Notes under the pieces: model-generated | Told to the model about the DNA's origin: nothing | Databases searched by the model: none | The model's input: only the letters and a program-made list of their open reading frames with translations | Origin: the human T2T-CHM13v2.0 reference genome, Homo sapiens | Strand: one strand, 5' to 3' | Assembly (NCBI RefSeq): GCF_009914755.1 | Contig: NC_060931.1 | Length of the DNA stretch: 64,000 nt | Position numbers and translations under genes: made by a program | Shown: piece after piece, positions 40,530-56,463 of the stretch | How the letters are laid out: each line of letters opens with the position of its first letter | Numbering within the stretch: position 1 is the stretch's first letter

Positions 40530-42879
40530 AAAGCAGAATTTTCTCTTGAGTATTTAGAGAGCTCCTAGGCTGTTCTGATTCCAGGCAGCAGACTTCAGGA
40601 GGTAGCATTTCTAATTTTCTATCATGATGTTAAGGGAAATATGCTGCCTGATAAGTGTTTGGATATTGGATATTGCATGGTTGTCCCATGTCCCAGTAAA
40701 ACACACATTTTTGCTTTGTCCTGGTAATTAACAATACAAACAATATAAATTAATTTGGCCACGTATTTTAGTATAAATAACACAGTTACAAATAATGGTC
40801 TGTTTGTCATCCTGTCACCTAAATCTAAAATACCGAGATCCAGATGAAATGAAAGAGTGCACATTTTAAGTTGCATAAATTATATATATGTATGAAGACT
40901 TAAAGTTCAGATTTTCAGAAAACTAAAAAGTTCTTAATCATTTTTAGAAAGTAGATCAGCAAAGTACTGAGTTATTTTGTATAAAGATTAAAGCAGGTAT
41001 TATCTGTGTGTGTGTGTGTGTGTGTTTCTGTGTGTGTGTTTGTGTTGTTCTAATATTAATAGAAACAATAGAAACAATATTTCTTTAATATTACTTTTCA
41101 AGAAGATAGTAAAAGCCAAGAAGTAAAAGTGTTTTAATTCTTGAGCTGTTAATTCAATTTTTTTCTTGAATGATTGAATATTATTTCCATCATTTGTTCA
41201 TTGTAACATTTCCCAATACTTATAGATGATATATAGAAAAACAATTTAAATTGAAAATCATTAATTTCCCAGTGCATTTCCTAATATATCTATATTCAGA
41301 TCTGTATGTTTTCTTGTTCCATAAAGAAAAAGATACCTTCGTTTTTTTCAAATTAATATCAAGAGCATTAAGTTTTATTGAACTAATAATCTTCAGTGTT
41401 GTCTATGGATTTAAATTCCATTTTATTGCCATTTTGGGAGACTAAAGACAGAAAGAGAAAAGGAAGAAATATAGATGGGTGATCAAAGTAGGTAAAACCA
41501 TAAAGATGTGTGAAATAAAAGTGAAATAGAAGAAAGAGATAGCCAAATGAGGAAAACAAATCACAGAAGAGAATAAAGGCATGTAAAGCATACAAAACTA
41601 GAAAAAGTGCAGGAAAGAGAAAGAAATAGGTAGATAATATAGAAAAAGTTTTGAAAGTTTCAGTAAATATGATAAGGATTCCATGTAGGTAATAACTATC
41701 AGAGAGTTATAAATTTATATGTACTTCTTTGAAATGTATAGTAATTGGCATTAATAGCTTTTAGGTTATTCCAATGTTTATTTGTAGTGCTATACTCATA
41801 AGCATACCTTCTATAAATAAGCACATTCTTTATGCTAGAAAGATAATGAAAGCTCTATCTGGTAACTTGTTTTCCATGTTGAATGCTACAAACACACTCT
41901 CTAAACGTGTTAATGTGAATGTGTGTACCCTTGCATACACAGACACACACGTAAATAAAAAAAACTTTATTATATGAACTGCTAGCACAAATATGTGTAT
42001 TTTGTTTGAAGAAATACTCTGGTAAGTTTCTTGACACTTACTATAAAACGTGAGATGCTGTGAGCATGAAAGAAAGTGGTCATTAACATACCCAAAGGAA
42101 GAGATGATCCTTCTATGCTATAAGGAAAGGAAACTATTGGTTTTCTTACAGAAAACAGGAGGTAGAATCAAAGAATAAGGCAAGGGAGGACAAGAGAAAA
42201 AGACAGTCTGGGACTTTGTGAAGAGCCACTATTTGCAAGTTGAATGTGGTTTTTTGCTTTGTTTTGTTTTGTTTTTCTTGCTATTATTGAGTTATTGTTC
42301 TGTGTTTCTTCACGAGTCTTCAAAAAGTCTATACTGTTCACAGTGCTTGGAGTGACAGGGTTTTCCTGCAGAAGGCTACACATTCAAGCATAAAAAAAGA
42401 ATGTACAGCAGCTTAGCTCAAGAAACAGAAGATATTACTAGTAAATACATCACCCCCACAGCTTTAATAACTGCCCACCCCCTGCAAAACCTTAGGAAAA
42501 GTTTGGAAAGGATTTGACATCTATAATCTGTAAAGTTGCAGTAACAGCAGAGTCTCAAGGCAATTTTGCCTAAATTTCTGAGAAGCTGAGGGTCATGAGG
42601 TTGCAAAGCCTTCTGTCCAGATGTGGGGCTATCAGGGGATTTGGAGTTTAGCTTTGTTTGGTTGTTCCCTATCTCATCAATTTACTTTTCACAAAATCTG
42701 CCTCTGAACGTTCGATCCACTGTGAATATGTTTGAAGCATGTTTTTGAATGCATGTTCAACACTGGAGAAAGTAGATTACAGTTCTGCTCTTGGACAGCT
42801 CTGGTCCAGCACTGCAGGTGGTGAATGTAAGAGTGATAGTGATGTGATCTCTTAGAGAAGAATGATGTGTTAATTAATT

Positions 42880-43408
<529 letters not shown>

Positions 43409-43444
43409 AAATTATAAAGCAGAAAAAAGTCTCAAAGCCAATGA

Positions 43445-43746
43445 TTATTTATTTATTTATTTTAGAGTTGGAGTCACGGAGTGCAGTGTCACGATCATAG
43501 CTCACAGCAGCCTAGAACCCCTGGGCTCAAGTAATCCTCCCATTTCAGCCTCTGAATACCTAGGACTAAAGGCATGGGCCACCATGCAGCTAATTTTTTA
43601 GTTATTTTATTTTATTTTATTTTATTTTGTAGATACAGGGTCTCACTTTGTTGTCCAGGATGGTCACCAACACTGGCCTCAAGCAGTCCTCCTGCCTCAG
43701 TTTTCCAAAATGCAGGGATAACAAGCATGAGCCACTGCACCAGGCC
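43445..43746 (-). mobile_element. AluJ (Jo-like), diverged
   Basis: GATCATAGCTCAC, GCTCAAGTAATCCTCCC; (TTTA)n tail; expanded T-rich linker. Confidence 0.92.
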
Positions 43747-43859
43747 TGGGAACTTACAGCCTAGTATATTCCGCAATTATGGAGGGGGTACGACTTATGT
43801 GAAACCTTCAGGAATGCATACCCTTTTAGAGAGAAATAAGTCTTAAGTTAGAGATGAGA

Positions 43860-44175
43860 AAAAGCATGGGAGGCTACCTTCTGAATATTGAAGGTAGGTG
43901 TAAGATTATAATGGTAGAGAATAAGTTCAGATATGAAGAATAGGCCTAGGTTATGGCAGACCTTGAACTTCAGAGAAATTTTAGCTAAATATGAAGGTTA
44001 GAAAGAGCCATTATACATTTCAGACCATGGAAGTAATATAAGCTGGTCGTTTAGAAAATTTCATCAATTGCGTTATGCAAGAGTAACTGAAGTTCAAAGA
44101 GATGGTTTTTGAGAAGGTGACTGGAAGGATTTGCAGTTATCAAGAAATGAGGTGAAGAGGACTTGGAGTAATTTT
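43860..44175 (-). mobile_element. L2 fragment
   Basis: GGCCTAGGTTATGGCAGACCTTG, GAGCCATT, TTGCAGTTATCAAGAAATGAGGTGAAGAGGACTTGGA. Confidence 0.55.
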
Positions 44176-45388
44176 GGCTGAGAAAAATAAACCTTTACAT
44201 ACAGCTCTAAGTCTATAAGAACAAAGAATATATAACAATCCACATGTAGAGTATAAAATAATAAGAATGCTATCAGTAAAACAATAGTGAAAAAGAAGCA
44301 TCACATTTAGTCCATAAATTAAATCGTGTCCTTAACTTAGTATAAAAAGATCTAAGGATTATGGTATAAATATTGCACACTTTTTATGTGGTGGACATGA
44401 AAGCAATTTCTGTGAGTTTAACCAATGGAAAATTGGTACTCTTGGATAAATGATTGGCCCTATACTTGAACCATTAAAAGAGAGAACATTAAACTAAGTA
44501 GACATAATTTTGAGAGTTCCACTACATTAAAATTGAAGAACAGCTTACTAAAAACAGCCAGACTTAAGGGTACCATATTGTATAAAAATGTTATATTTTC
44601 CATATTATAAATGGTTTGGCTGATAGATACTTAAGAGGAAAAATATAGCCAGAGTCTTTTAGGTTGGCCATATAGTTTCAAGTTTTCAAGTTATCGAAAA
44701 TCAACCCATTTATTTATTTAAAACTCATACTCACCTGCTTGGAGACATAATTTGGAAATTTATAAGTTGTATATACAACTTCATAAAATCTGAAGAAATA
44801 AATCAAAATAGGCATTATTGAAAAGCAGCAACATAAATGTATGTCATTGGGATTCTACAATGGGTTTGCTGTAATTATATCGTACATTGATGTTAACTCT
44901 CAGTTTCCTGACAGCTAAAACAAAGAGAAAAAAATATTATAGGTATTAAAATGTTTATACAAATCATTTAAATCTGCAGAGACATGCATGCTTGTATTTA
45001 AGTGCTGAGGGTGGACTGTTCAACATAACAGATGATTAGCTTTCACCTGAATTTTACAAACATGTTATTTAAGGCAACAAATACATTAATTCTATATAGA
45101 AGTTAAGAGACCATACTTCAGTGGAGGGATTTCCTTAAGAGACCAGCAGACCCAACATTCCAGGTCAACAGAATCAAAGCAAATGCTGTTTATAATAATA
45201 CAATTTAGGGATAGTTGTGGTAAATTTTAATGACATTTCCAAAACCAATTGGAGCCTATGCACCTTAATTTGAAACATTGTGAAATGGACTCAGGATTAA
45301 TTTGAGAATAGAAGAAAAGAAGACTATTCCATAATTTCTTTTACAGAAAATTATTTATCTTCTTTCCATTTAAGAAGACATACATGGT

Positions 45389-45719
<331 letters not shown>

Positions 45720-46482
45720 TCATTTCAAGACCACTGCCTACCTATAATGTCCAAAGTTGCATGAATGATCTCCAAATAAATGCACATGTACATTCACAGT
45801 GGTGCAAGGAATTTTCTGGAAGGAGCAAACATAAACACGGGAGGGACAGCCTGTGTGCTGGGTGTGGAAGTAACCAAAGAAATTGTTGTGGTATTGTGAA
45901 GGAGGTTGATGGTAAACCTCTTGTCAACTAATGAAAGAGGAATGATTATGGCTAAGTTGTAAGTTCCACCTCCCTCCTCATTTCCAAAAATTTCCTGTTC
46001 AAGCTACCTCGTAGGACTTGGAAAAGGTACAACTCTTCTTCCACTCTTTCTGAAAAATTAATGGGAGTCTGTTTTCCACAAGGATAGAAGAATATTATCC
46101 TGAGTAGTTTGTCAGTGGTTGTAGTGGATAATTTTTAGTGTACAGCAAAAATATAATGACATAGTGATAGGACAAATATTTTCTGCAAAGCAAAAAGAAA
46201 GTAAGGCATCATATACAATTTGTTGCTACATGACAAAATGAAAGATTTAAAAATTTAAAATTTATGCACCCCTTTTCAGTCCCATATAATAGAAGTTTGT
46301 TTTGTTATTATTTACAGATGATTTAAAAATATTTAGACAATCGCAACTTCTGTATCCATCAATTTGGTAAGGTAATATTAAATGACACAACTTGTCAACT
46401 AAGTTAGTCAAAATGGTTTATATATGTGATCTTTCATTCACTTAGTCAAAAATCTTAAGTGCCTATTGTATGGCAGAAATAT

Positions 46483-46720
46483 TAACAGCTGACACATATA
46501 GTATCTATTCTATTTCAGAGATAGTATTAAATGCCTGATGTATATTAACACATTTAATCCTGACAAAGATTCTTCAAGATTTATGGAAGGAAAAAACTGA
46601 AGCAAAAAAGCTAAGTAATTTGCACAATATTGCGTATCTAAAACGTGTTGGAGTTGAGATATGAAAAGACAGTTCAACGTTAGAGGCCGAACTCTTAAAC
46701 AGCACGGCATATGGCCTCTT
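46483..46720 (-). mobile_element. MIR
   Basis: CATTTAATCCTGACAA...AAAACTGAAGCA..GCTAAGTAATTTGCACAA...ACTCTTAAACAGCAC. Confidence 0.7.
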
Positions 46721-47111
46721 GAGTCCCGAGTGATAAGCTCAGAATAAAATGTGGGTCAAACCATACAATTCCAGCCATAAAAGTGATGAATGTAGAGCTC
46801 TTACCATCACCATCATCATCTTATTATTACTATGTTATTACTTTGCTCTTACAGACATGTGCTATACTTCTGTTACTAGAAATTCATCTCTGGAGACATA
46901 TTTGTTATTCAAACAGGTGAAAAAGTTATCCCCATAAAAATATGACCTTTGTAATAAATGTATTATTCAACAAGAGTTACCAGTTTTCTGTAGTATAGCA
47001 GACACAGCTTTTGGCTGGTAGAAACAGGTAAGTACATGATTAAATCTAAAGTAATAGGTACTAAAGTAATGGTATTGAGATTCAGAGATGGGAGAAACTA
47101 GGTACACCTTT

Positions 47112-47116
47112 GTGTG

Positions 47117-47156
<40 letters not shown>
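47112..47156 (+). repeat. (TG)n microsatellite
   Basis: Direct reading. Confidence 0.95.
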
Positions 47157-47157
<1 letters not shown>

Positions 47158-47438
47158 ATGCATACATGAACACGTGTCATGGGAGACATGGGTAGGGATT
47201 CACAAAGGGATTGAGAAAATCAAAAGTGATGGGGAAACAAGAGAAAAGAACACTATAGGAAATGACACTTAGGCATAGCTTTTAAATCTGTTTTCAAACA
47301 TGAACAAAAATTGAGAGAATGACATAATAAACACTCATGTACCTCTCATTTGCCTCAATTATAAGCAATTTGCCAGTCTCAAATCATGTACCCTCCTCAG
47401 TTTTTAAACCTTATTTTAAAGTAAATACAAAACAGAAG

Positions 47439-47588
47439 TTTTTTTTTTTAATTATTGTAGTAAGCATACAACATGAAATCTACCCTTTTAAAATTTTAAG
47501 TTCACAATACATTGATGCTAGCTATAGGTAGAATGTTGTACAGCAGTTCTGTTGAACTTATTCCTGTTGCATAACTGAACTTTATACT
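47439..47588 (-). mobile_element. L1MA/MB 3' end (host of the L1PA; continues briefly at 53045-53067)
   Basis: Poly-T then AACATGAAATCTACCCT...ATGTTGTACAGCAG..GAACTTATTC..GCATAACTGAACTTT. Confidence 0.75.
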
Positions 47589-48356
47589 GGAGCAGGTTTT
47601 TCAGTTTCCATGTAGTTGAGCAGTTTTGAGTGAGTTTCTTAATCCTGAGTTCTAGTTTGATTGCACTGTGGTCTGAGAGACAGTTTGTTATAATTTCTGT
47701 TCTTTTACATTTGCTTAGGAGTGCTTTACTTCCAACTATGTGGTCAATTTTGGAATAAGTGTGTTGTGGTGCTGAGAAGAATGTATAATCTTGATTTGGG
47801 GTGAAGAGTTCTGTAAATGTCTATTAGGTCTGCTTGGTGCAGAGCTGAGTTCAATTCCTGGATATCCTTTTTAACTTTCTGTCTCGTTGATCTGTCTAAT
47901 GTTGACAGTGGGGTGTTAAAGTCTCCCATTATTATTGTGTGAGAGTCTAAGTCTCTTTGTAGGTCTCTAAGGACTTCCTTTATGAATCTGGGTGCTCCTA
48001 TATTGGGTGCATATATATTTAGGATAGTTAGCTCTTCTTGTTGAATTGATCCCTTTACCATTATGTAATGGTCTTCTTTGTCTCTTTCGATCTTTGTTGG
48101 TTTAAAGTCTGTTTTATCAGAGACTAGGATTGCAAACCCTGCTTTTTTTTTTTTTTCCATTTGCTTGGTAGATCTTCCTCTGTCCCTTTTTTTTGAGCCT
48201 ATGTGTGTCTCTGCATGTGAGATGGGTCTCCTGAATACAACACACTGATGGGTCTTGACTCTTTATCCAGTTTTCCAGTCTGCATCTTTTAATTGGAGCA
48301 CTTAGGCAATTTACAGTTAAGGTTAATATTGTTATGTGTGAATTTGATCCTGTCAT
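47589..48356 (-). pseudogene. L1 ORF2p N-terminal endonuclease domain, frameshifted
   Basis: MTGSNSHITILTL...CCIQETHL; ...NIYAPN...IIMGDFNTPLS...DLIDIYRTLHP. Confidence 0.93.
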
Positions 48357-48419
48357 TGTGATGTTAGCTGGCTCTTTTGCTCGTTAGTTGATGCAATTTC
48401 TTCCTAGCATTGATGGTCT

Positions 48420-49445
48420 TTACAATTTGGCATGTCATTGCAGTGGCTGGTACCGGTTGTTCCTTTCCATGTTTAGTGCTTCCTTCAGGAGCTCTTGTAA
48501 GGCAGGCCTGGTGGTGACAAAATCTCTCAGTGTTTGTTTGTCTGTAAAGGATTTTATTTCTCCTTCACTCATGAAGCTTAGTTCGGCTGGATATGAAATT
48601 CTGGGTTGGAAACTCTTTTCTTTAAGAATGTTGAATATTGGCCCCCACTCTCTGCTGGCTTGTAGAATTTCTGTCAAGAGATCTGCTGTTAGTCTCATGG
48701 GCTTCCCTTTGTGGGTAACCTGACCTTTCTCTCTGGCTGCCCTTAACATTTTTTTCCTTCATTTCAACTTTGGTGAATCTGACAATTATGTGTCTTGGAG
48801 TTGCTCTTCTCGAGGAGTATCTTTGTGGAATTCTCTGTATTTCCTAAATTTGAATGTTGGCCTGCCTTGCTATTTTGGGGAAGTTCCCCTGGATAATATC
48901 CTGCAGTGTTTTCCAACTTGGTTCCATTCTCCCCCTCACTTTCAGGTACACCAATCAGATGTAGATTTGGTCTTTTCACATACTTCCATATTTCTTGGAG
49001 GCTTTGTTCATTTCTTTTTACTCTTTTTTTCTCTAAACTTCTCTTCTCACTTCATTTCATTCATTTGATCTTCAATCACAGACACCTTTTCTTCCACTTG
49101 ATCAAATAGGCTACTGAAGCTTGTCCATGCATCACGTCGTTCTCATGCCATGGTTTTTAGCTCCATCAGGTCATTTAAGGACTTCTCTACACTGTTTATT
49201 CTAATTAGCCATTTGTCTAATCCTTTTTCAAGGTTTTTAGCTTCTTTGCGATGGGTTCGTACATCCTTCTTTAGCTCAGAGAAGTTTGTTGTTGCCAGTC
49301 GTCTGAAGCCTTCTTCTCTCAACTCGTCAAAGTCTTTCTCCGTCCAGTTTTGTTCCGTTGCTGGCGAGGAACTGCATACCTTTGGAGGAGAAGAGGCGCT
49401 CTGATTTTTAGAATTTTCAGCTTTTCTGCTCTGGTTTCTCCCCAT
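48420..49445 (-). pseudogene. L1 ORF1p, disrupted
   Basis: MGRNQSRKAENSKNQSASSPPK...; ...QPRISYPAELSF...RPALQELLKEAL, split over several frames. Confidence 0.93.
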
Positions 49446-49689
49446 CTTTGTGGTTTTATCTACCTTTGGTCTTTGATGATGGTGACATACAGATGGGGTT
49501 TTGGTGTGGATGTCCTTTCTGTTTCTTAGCTTTCCTTCTAACATTCAGGACCCTCAGCTGCAGGTCTGTTGGAGTTTCCTGGAGGTCCACTCCATACCCT
49601 ATTTGCCTGGGTATCACCAGTGGAGTCTGCAGAACGGCAAATATTGCTGCCTGATCCTTCCTCTGGAAGCTTTGTCTCAGAGGGGCACC

Positions 49690-52818
<3,129 letters not shown>

Positions 52819-53325
52819 ACAATAAAAACACTTGGACACACGGCGGGGAACATCACATACCGGGGCCTGTTGTAGGGTGGGGAGACGGGGGAGGGATAGC
52901 ATTAGGAGATATACCTAATGTAAATGACAAGTTAGTGGGTGCATCACACCAACATGGCACATGTGTACATATGTAACAAACCTGCATGTTGTGCACATGT
53001 ACCACAGAACCTAAATTATAATAATAATAATAAAGAAAGAAAGAAACTTTGTACTTACTGAACAGCAAACAACAGACTATCTTTTAAACCCATTTTACTC
53101 TGCTTAGTTTTAAATATTGAGTGCAGGTGGGAGAACTAGATATGAGAAGAACCACCTTTTTATTATTGGAAATGACCAAGGGCATTGTTTTGGTTAAAGT
53201 AATTTTAGGATGTTTCCATTGACCATTGATATCTTACATACATTTCCTGTTTTAACTTCGGAGCGAGTCATTTTGAAGGATTTTGCTGGACTTTCAGAAC
53301 GTGTGATTTGTTTTAACGGTGCTCT

Positions 53326-53475
53326 CGGGCTGCCATATGTGTTTATGTAGGCTGTGTCCTGAAGAAGGGGTCTCTGTTAGGGGGTATGAGTACGCTGAAA
53401 ATGAAGCACTCTCCAAGCAGCACAGAGGTGCATTTTCTCATCTGCAGTAAGGCATCTTAGCGGCCAGTGGTCCTG
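53326..53475. mobile_element. MER91-like (hAT-Tip100)
   Basis: GGGCTGCCATATG..TGTAGGCTGTGTCCTG...GCTGAAA...GGCCAGTGGTCCTG. Confidence 0.55.
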
Positions 53476-53565
53476 ACAGCAGCAAGTAGATCTCAAAGCC
53501 ATTTCACGGGCCTTCTCATATTCACACTAATTCTAAATCAGACTTCTGTTAAGAAAGGAGAAATA

Positions 53566-53920
53566 GGTGGGGCGCGGTGGCTCATGCATGTAATCCCAGC
53601 ATTTTGGGAGGCTGAGGCAGGTGGATCACCTAAGGTCAGGAGTTCGAGACCAGCCTGGACAACATGGTGAAACCCTGTCTTTACTGAAAATACAAAAATT
53701 AATCGGGCGTGTTGGCGGGCGACTGTAATCCCAGCTACTCGGAGGATGAGGCAGGAGACTCGCTTGAACCCTGGAGGCGGAGGTTGCAGTGAGCCAAGAT
53801 CAGCCCATTGCACTCCAGCCTGGGTGACCCAGTGAGACTCTGTCAAAGAAAACAAAAAAAAGAAAGAAGAAAGGAAAGGAAGGAAGGAAGGAAGGAAGGA
53901 AAGAAAGAAGGAAGGAAGGG
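53566..53920 (+). mobile_element. AluSx with (GGAA)n tail
   Basis: Full dimer; 6 consecutive GGAA at 53878-53901; TSD-like AAGGAGAAATAG / AAGAGGAAATAG. Confidence 0.95.
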
Positions 53921-55535
53921 AAAGAGGAAATAGAATTTAACAATTTGAACAAAAAAAGGGGGAATAGAATTTAACAATTTGAACTAAATACAAATAAAGT
54001 CCTTTGCTGCTATCAAAATGCAATTGTGACATAGAGTTAGTGCAAATATGTTATTGTGTAATGACTGTGCAAATTGCTTTTCTGTATGTTTGTCTTATAT
54101 AATATTGACAGTACTACATAGTGTGTCAAAAAACTAAACTTGGTATTTTTAATGCTAAAATGAGTAAACACTAATCAGAATGCCAGCAGGTACAATATCT
54201 TTGAATGAAAATAACACATTCAAACTGCTGTTTCTGTTCTCTTTGGTACACGGTCTGCATAGTTAGTATGATAAATGCGAATAGAATTTTCATGCTGACA
54301 TTTAATTAAAATGAAATTACCTATCATTGTTACCCACTACACAGAAGCTATTATTTATGTTGATATTATTCTAATATTGTATTAAGCTGATATTGAATTT
54401 GTATCAGTGTTTTTTATGAACTGAATTATTTCTGATTCCTCAGTTGTTTTTAAAAGCCAAGGAGTAGATACTATTGCATTGTGCGTGGATAGAGCATATT
54501 TTCCTCTTATTTGAAAAGTTAGAGGTGGAAATCATGTAGTTCAGTGTAACTATAATTGTACTATTTTCCTGTTTTTTTTTCTTTTGTCTTCTTTGGCTAT
54601 TTTGATGCCTTTTAATGCATCCCCCTGTTGATGTACAGTTTAATATCTGATATAACACTAAGATTAATTTTTTAATTGTTAATATATCTTTGACTAGTCT
54701 TTCCCTATATTATTACCATTGTGATTACTTTTACTTACTACGATCGAAGTAGCAACTTGTAGTCAGATAGCAGTGATATTCACGGTCTATCAATTTATCC
54801 ATTCATCCATTTATCCATCCTACTTTTCTTCCCTTCCCCCATCCATCCATTATGTACTGTGGATTTGCACTGAAGTCAATTGGAATTAAGTATTATAAAA
54901 CTCTATTTTACTAATAGCCATATAAAACCCTTAAGAGGCAATTCAGACATTCACAATACTTGGAATTTTAACAGTTACCTCTATTGACTATTACAATATA
55001 GCATAATCTGTAAAATCACTCTGGCAAAAATGTGTATCTATGTTTTAGTTCTAAGGAAGCACCACTCAGTACAATGAAACAGGAAGAAATGCTAGTGATT
55101 TACATTGTTCTTGAGGAAGTTAAAAAAAATCAATTCATTGTGATTCTGAAGCTTTCTCTTTAGGTCAGATATTGTTATATTGATAACAAAGCAATGACAC
55201 CACACAGTTTTTGTGCTCCAATAAATGTGATTTCAAATTTTACAAATAAACATTTTTCCCTTTTAAAAAGTATATACGTCTATCTGTTTAGTTGGACAAA
55301 TGAAGACAAAGCAAATTTCTGTGACCCAAATCCAAGTCTGAGTACTCAAGTTTGGGTTTGTACAGTTTAGTTTAACTTAAAAACAAGTGACTTGTTCATT
55401 TCTACGCCACAAATACCTAAAACAACAAATATTACACATCATTTTTGGTTGAGAGGAATGACTAAATCATTGTTTCTAGTGATTGCTTCTTATGACAAAT
55501 CAACATTGTTTATTAAAAATATGAGATTTTATAGA

Positions 55536-55760
55536 GGTCAGGCATGGTGGCTCAGACCTGTAATTCTAGCCCTTGGGAAGCGGAGGCTGGAGAATCCCTC
55601 GAAGCCTGGAGTTTGAGACCAGCCTGGGCAACAAAGCAAGACCTTGTCTTTACAAAAAAAAAAAAAAAAAAAAAGAAAGAAAGACAGAAATTAGGAAAGA
55701 AAGCAAAGAAAGAAAGGAAAGAGAAAGAAAAGAAGAAAAGAAAGAAAGAAAGAAAGAAAA
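55536..55760 (+). mobile_element. FLAM (Alu left monomer) with long A/(GAAA)n tail
   Basis: Left-arm-only sequence ending GTCTTTAC plus ~110-nt purine tail. Confidence 0.88.
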
Positions 55761-55765
55761 AGATT

Positions 55766-55864
55766 GGCTGATCTGAGTGCAGTGGTGTTTACAACTAATT
55801 CATCACAACCAGTTACAGAGATTTATTTGTCCCATCTCTACACCTAACTCCTTCATTTAACTAG
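55766..55864 (+). pseudogene. RNY3P: Y3 RNA (RNY3) processed pseudogene
   Basis: GGCTGATCTGAGTGCAGTGGTGTTTACAACTAATTCATCACAACCAGTTACAGAGATTT...CTTCATTTAACTAG aligns end to end with hY3 (GGCTGGTCCGAGTGCAGTGGTGTTTACAACTAATTGATCACAACCAGTTACAGATTTC...CTTCACTTGACTAG). It lacks the 3' CCTTTT and is followed by an A/AT tail. Confidence 0.93.
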
Positions 55865-56463
55865 AAAAATATATATATATATTAGATTTTATAAGAAGGA
55901 AAGTAGAACATACAAATAATATTAAGTACTTATCTATTACTTGAGATATACCAACTAGGGAAGACAGAGGAAGGACAATCAATATAAATCATATTTAAAC
56001 AACTACTCTAGTAAATTGATCAAAGTCTGGTTAGTATTATCTGCTTTAAGTTTTTCTAAGGATTTTCAATGAGAGAAGACCGTATCATTTCCCCACAACC
56101 CAACCTATCCAGCGTTTTTCTGGAAGAGGCTATTAGCAACACATAAGCTGCCAGCAATGTAAAATCCCCTTATTTGCTGCCTTAACATTTGGGATAAAAA
56201 GTGTTGACACCATTATTTTTTAACCTCGATCTCATTGAGGAACTTCCTGAATTTTCTAACATCAATTTACTGCTAAAGATCTATATAATAAGGAGATTTT
56301 GAATGTTAGGAACCTGTGATTATGGGTGAGAGTTAGTTGATGAGAGGGTGAGAGTTAGTTGATGAGAGGATTCGAAGCTCTAACATCTCGGAATAACTGG
56401 TAACACATATCTTTGCAACATAGCTTCATTTCACTGTTAGGCTTTGGTGTGTTGGCGATTTTT

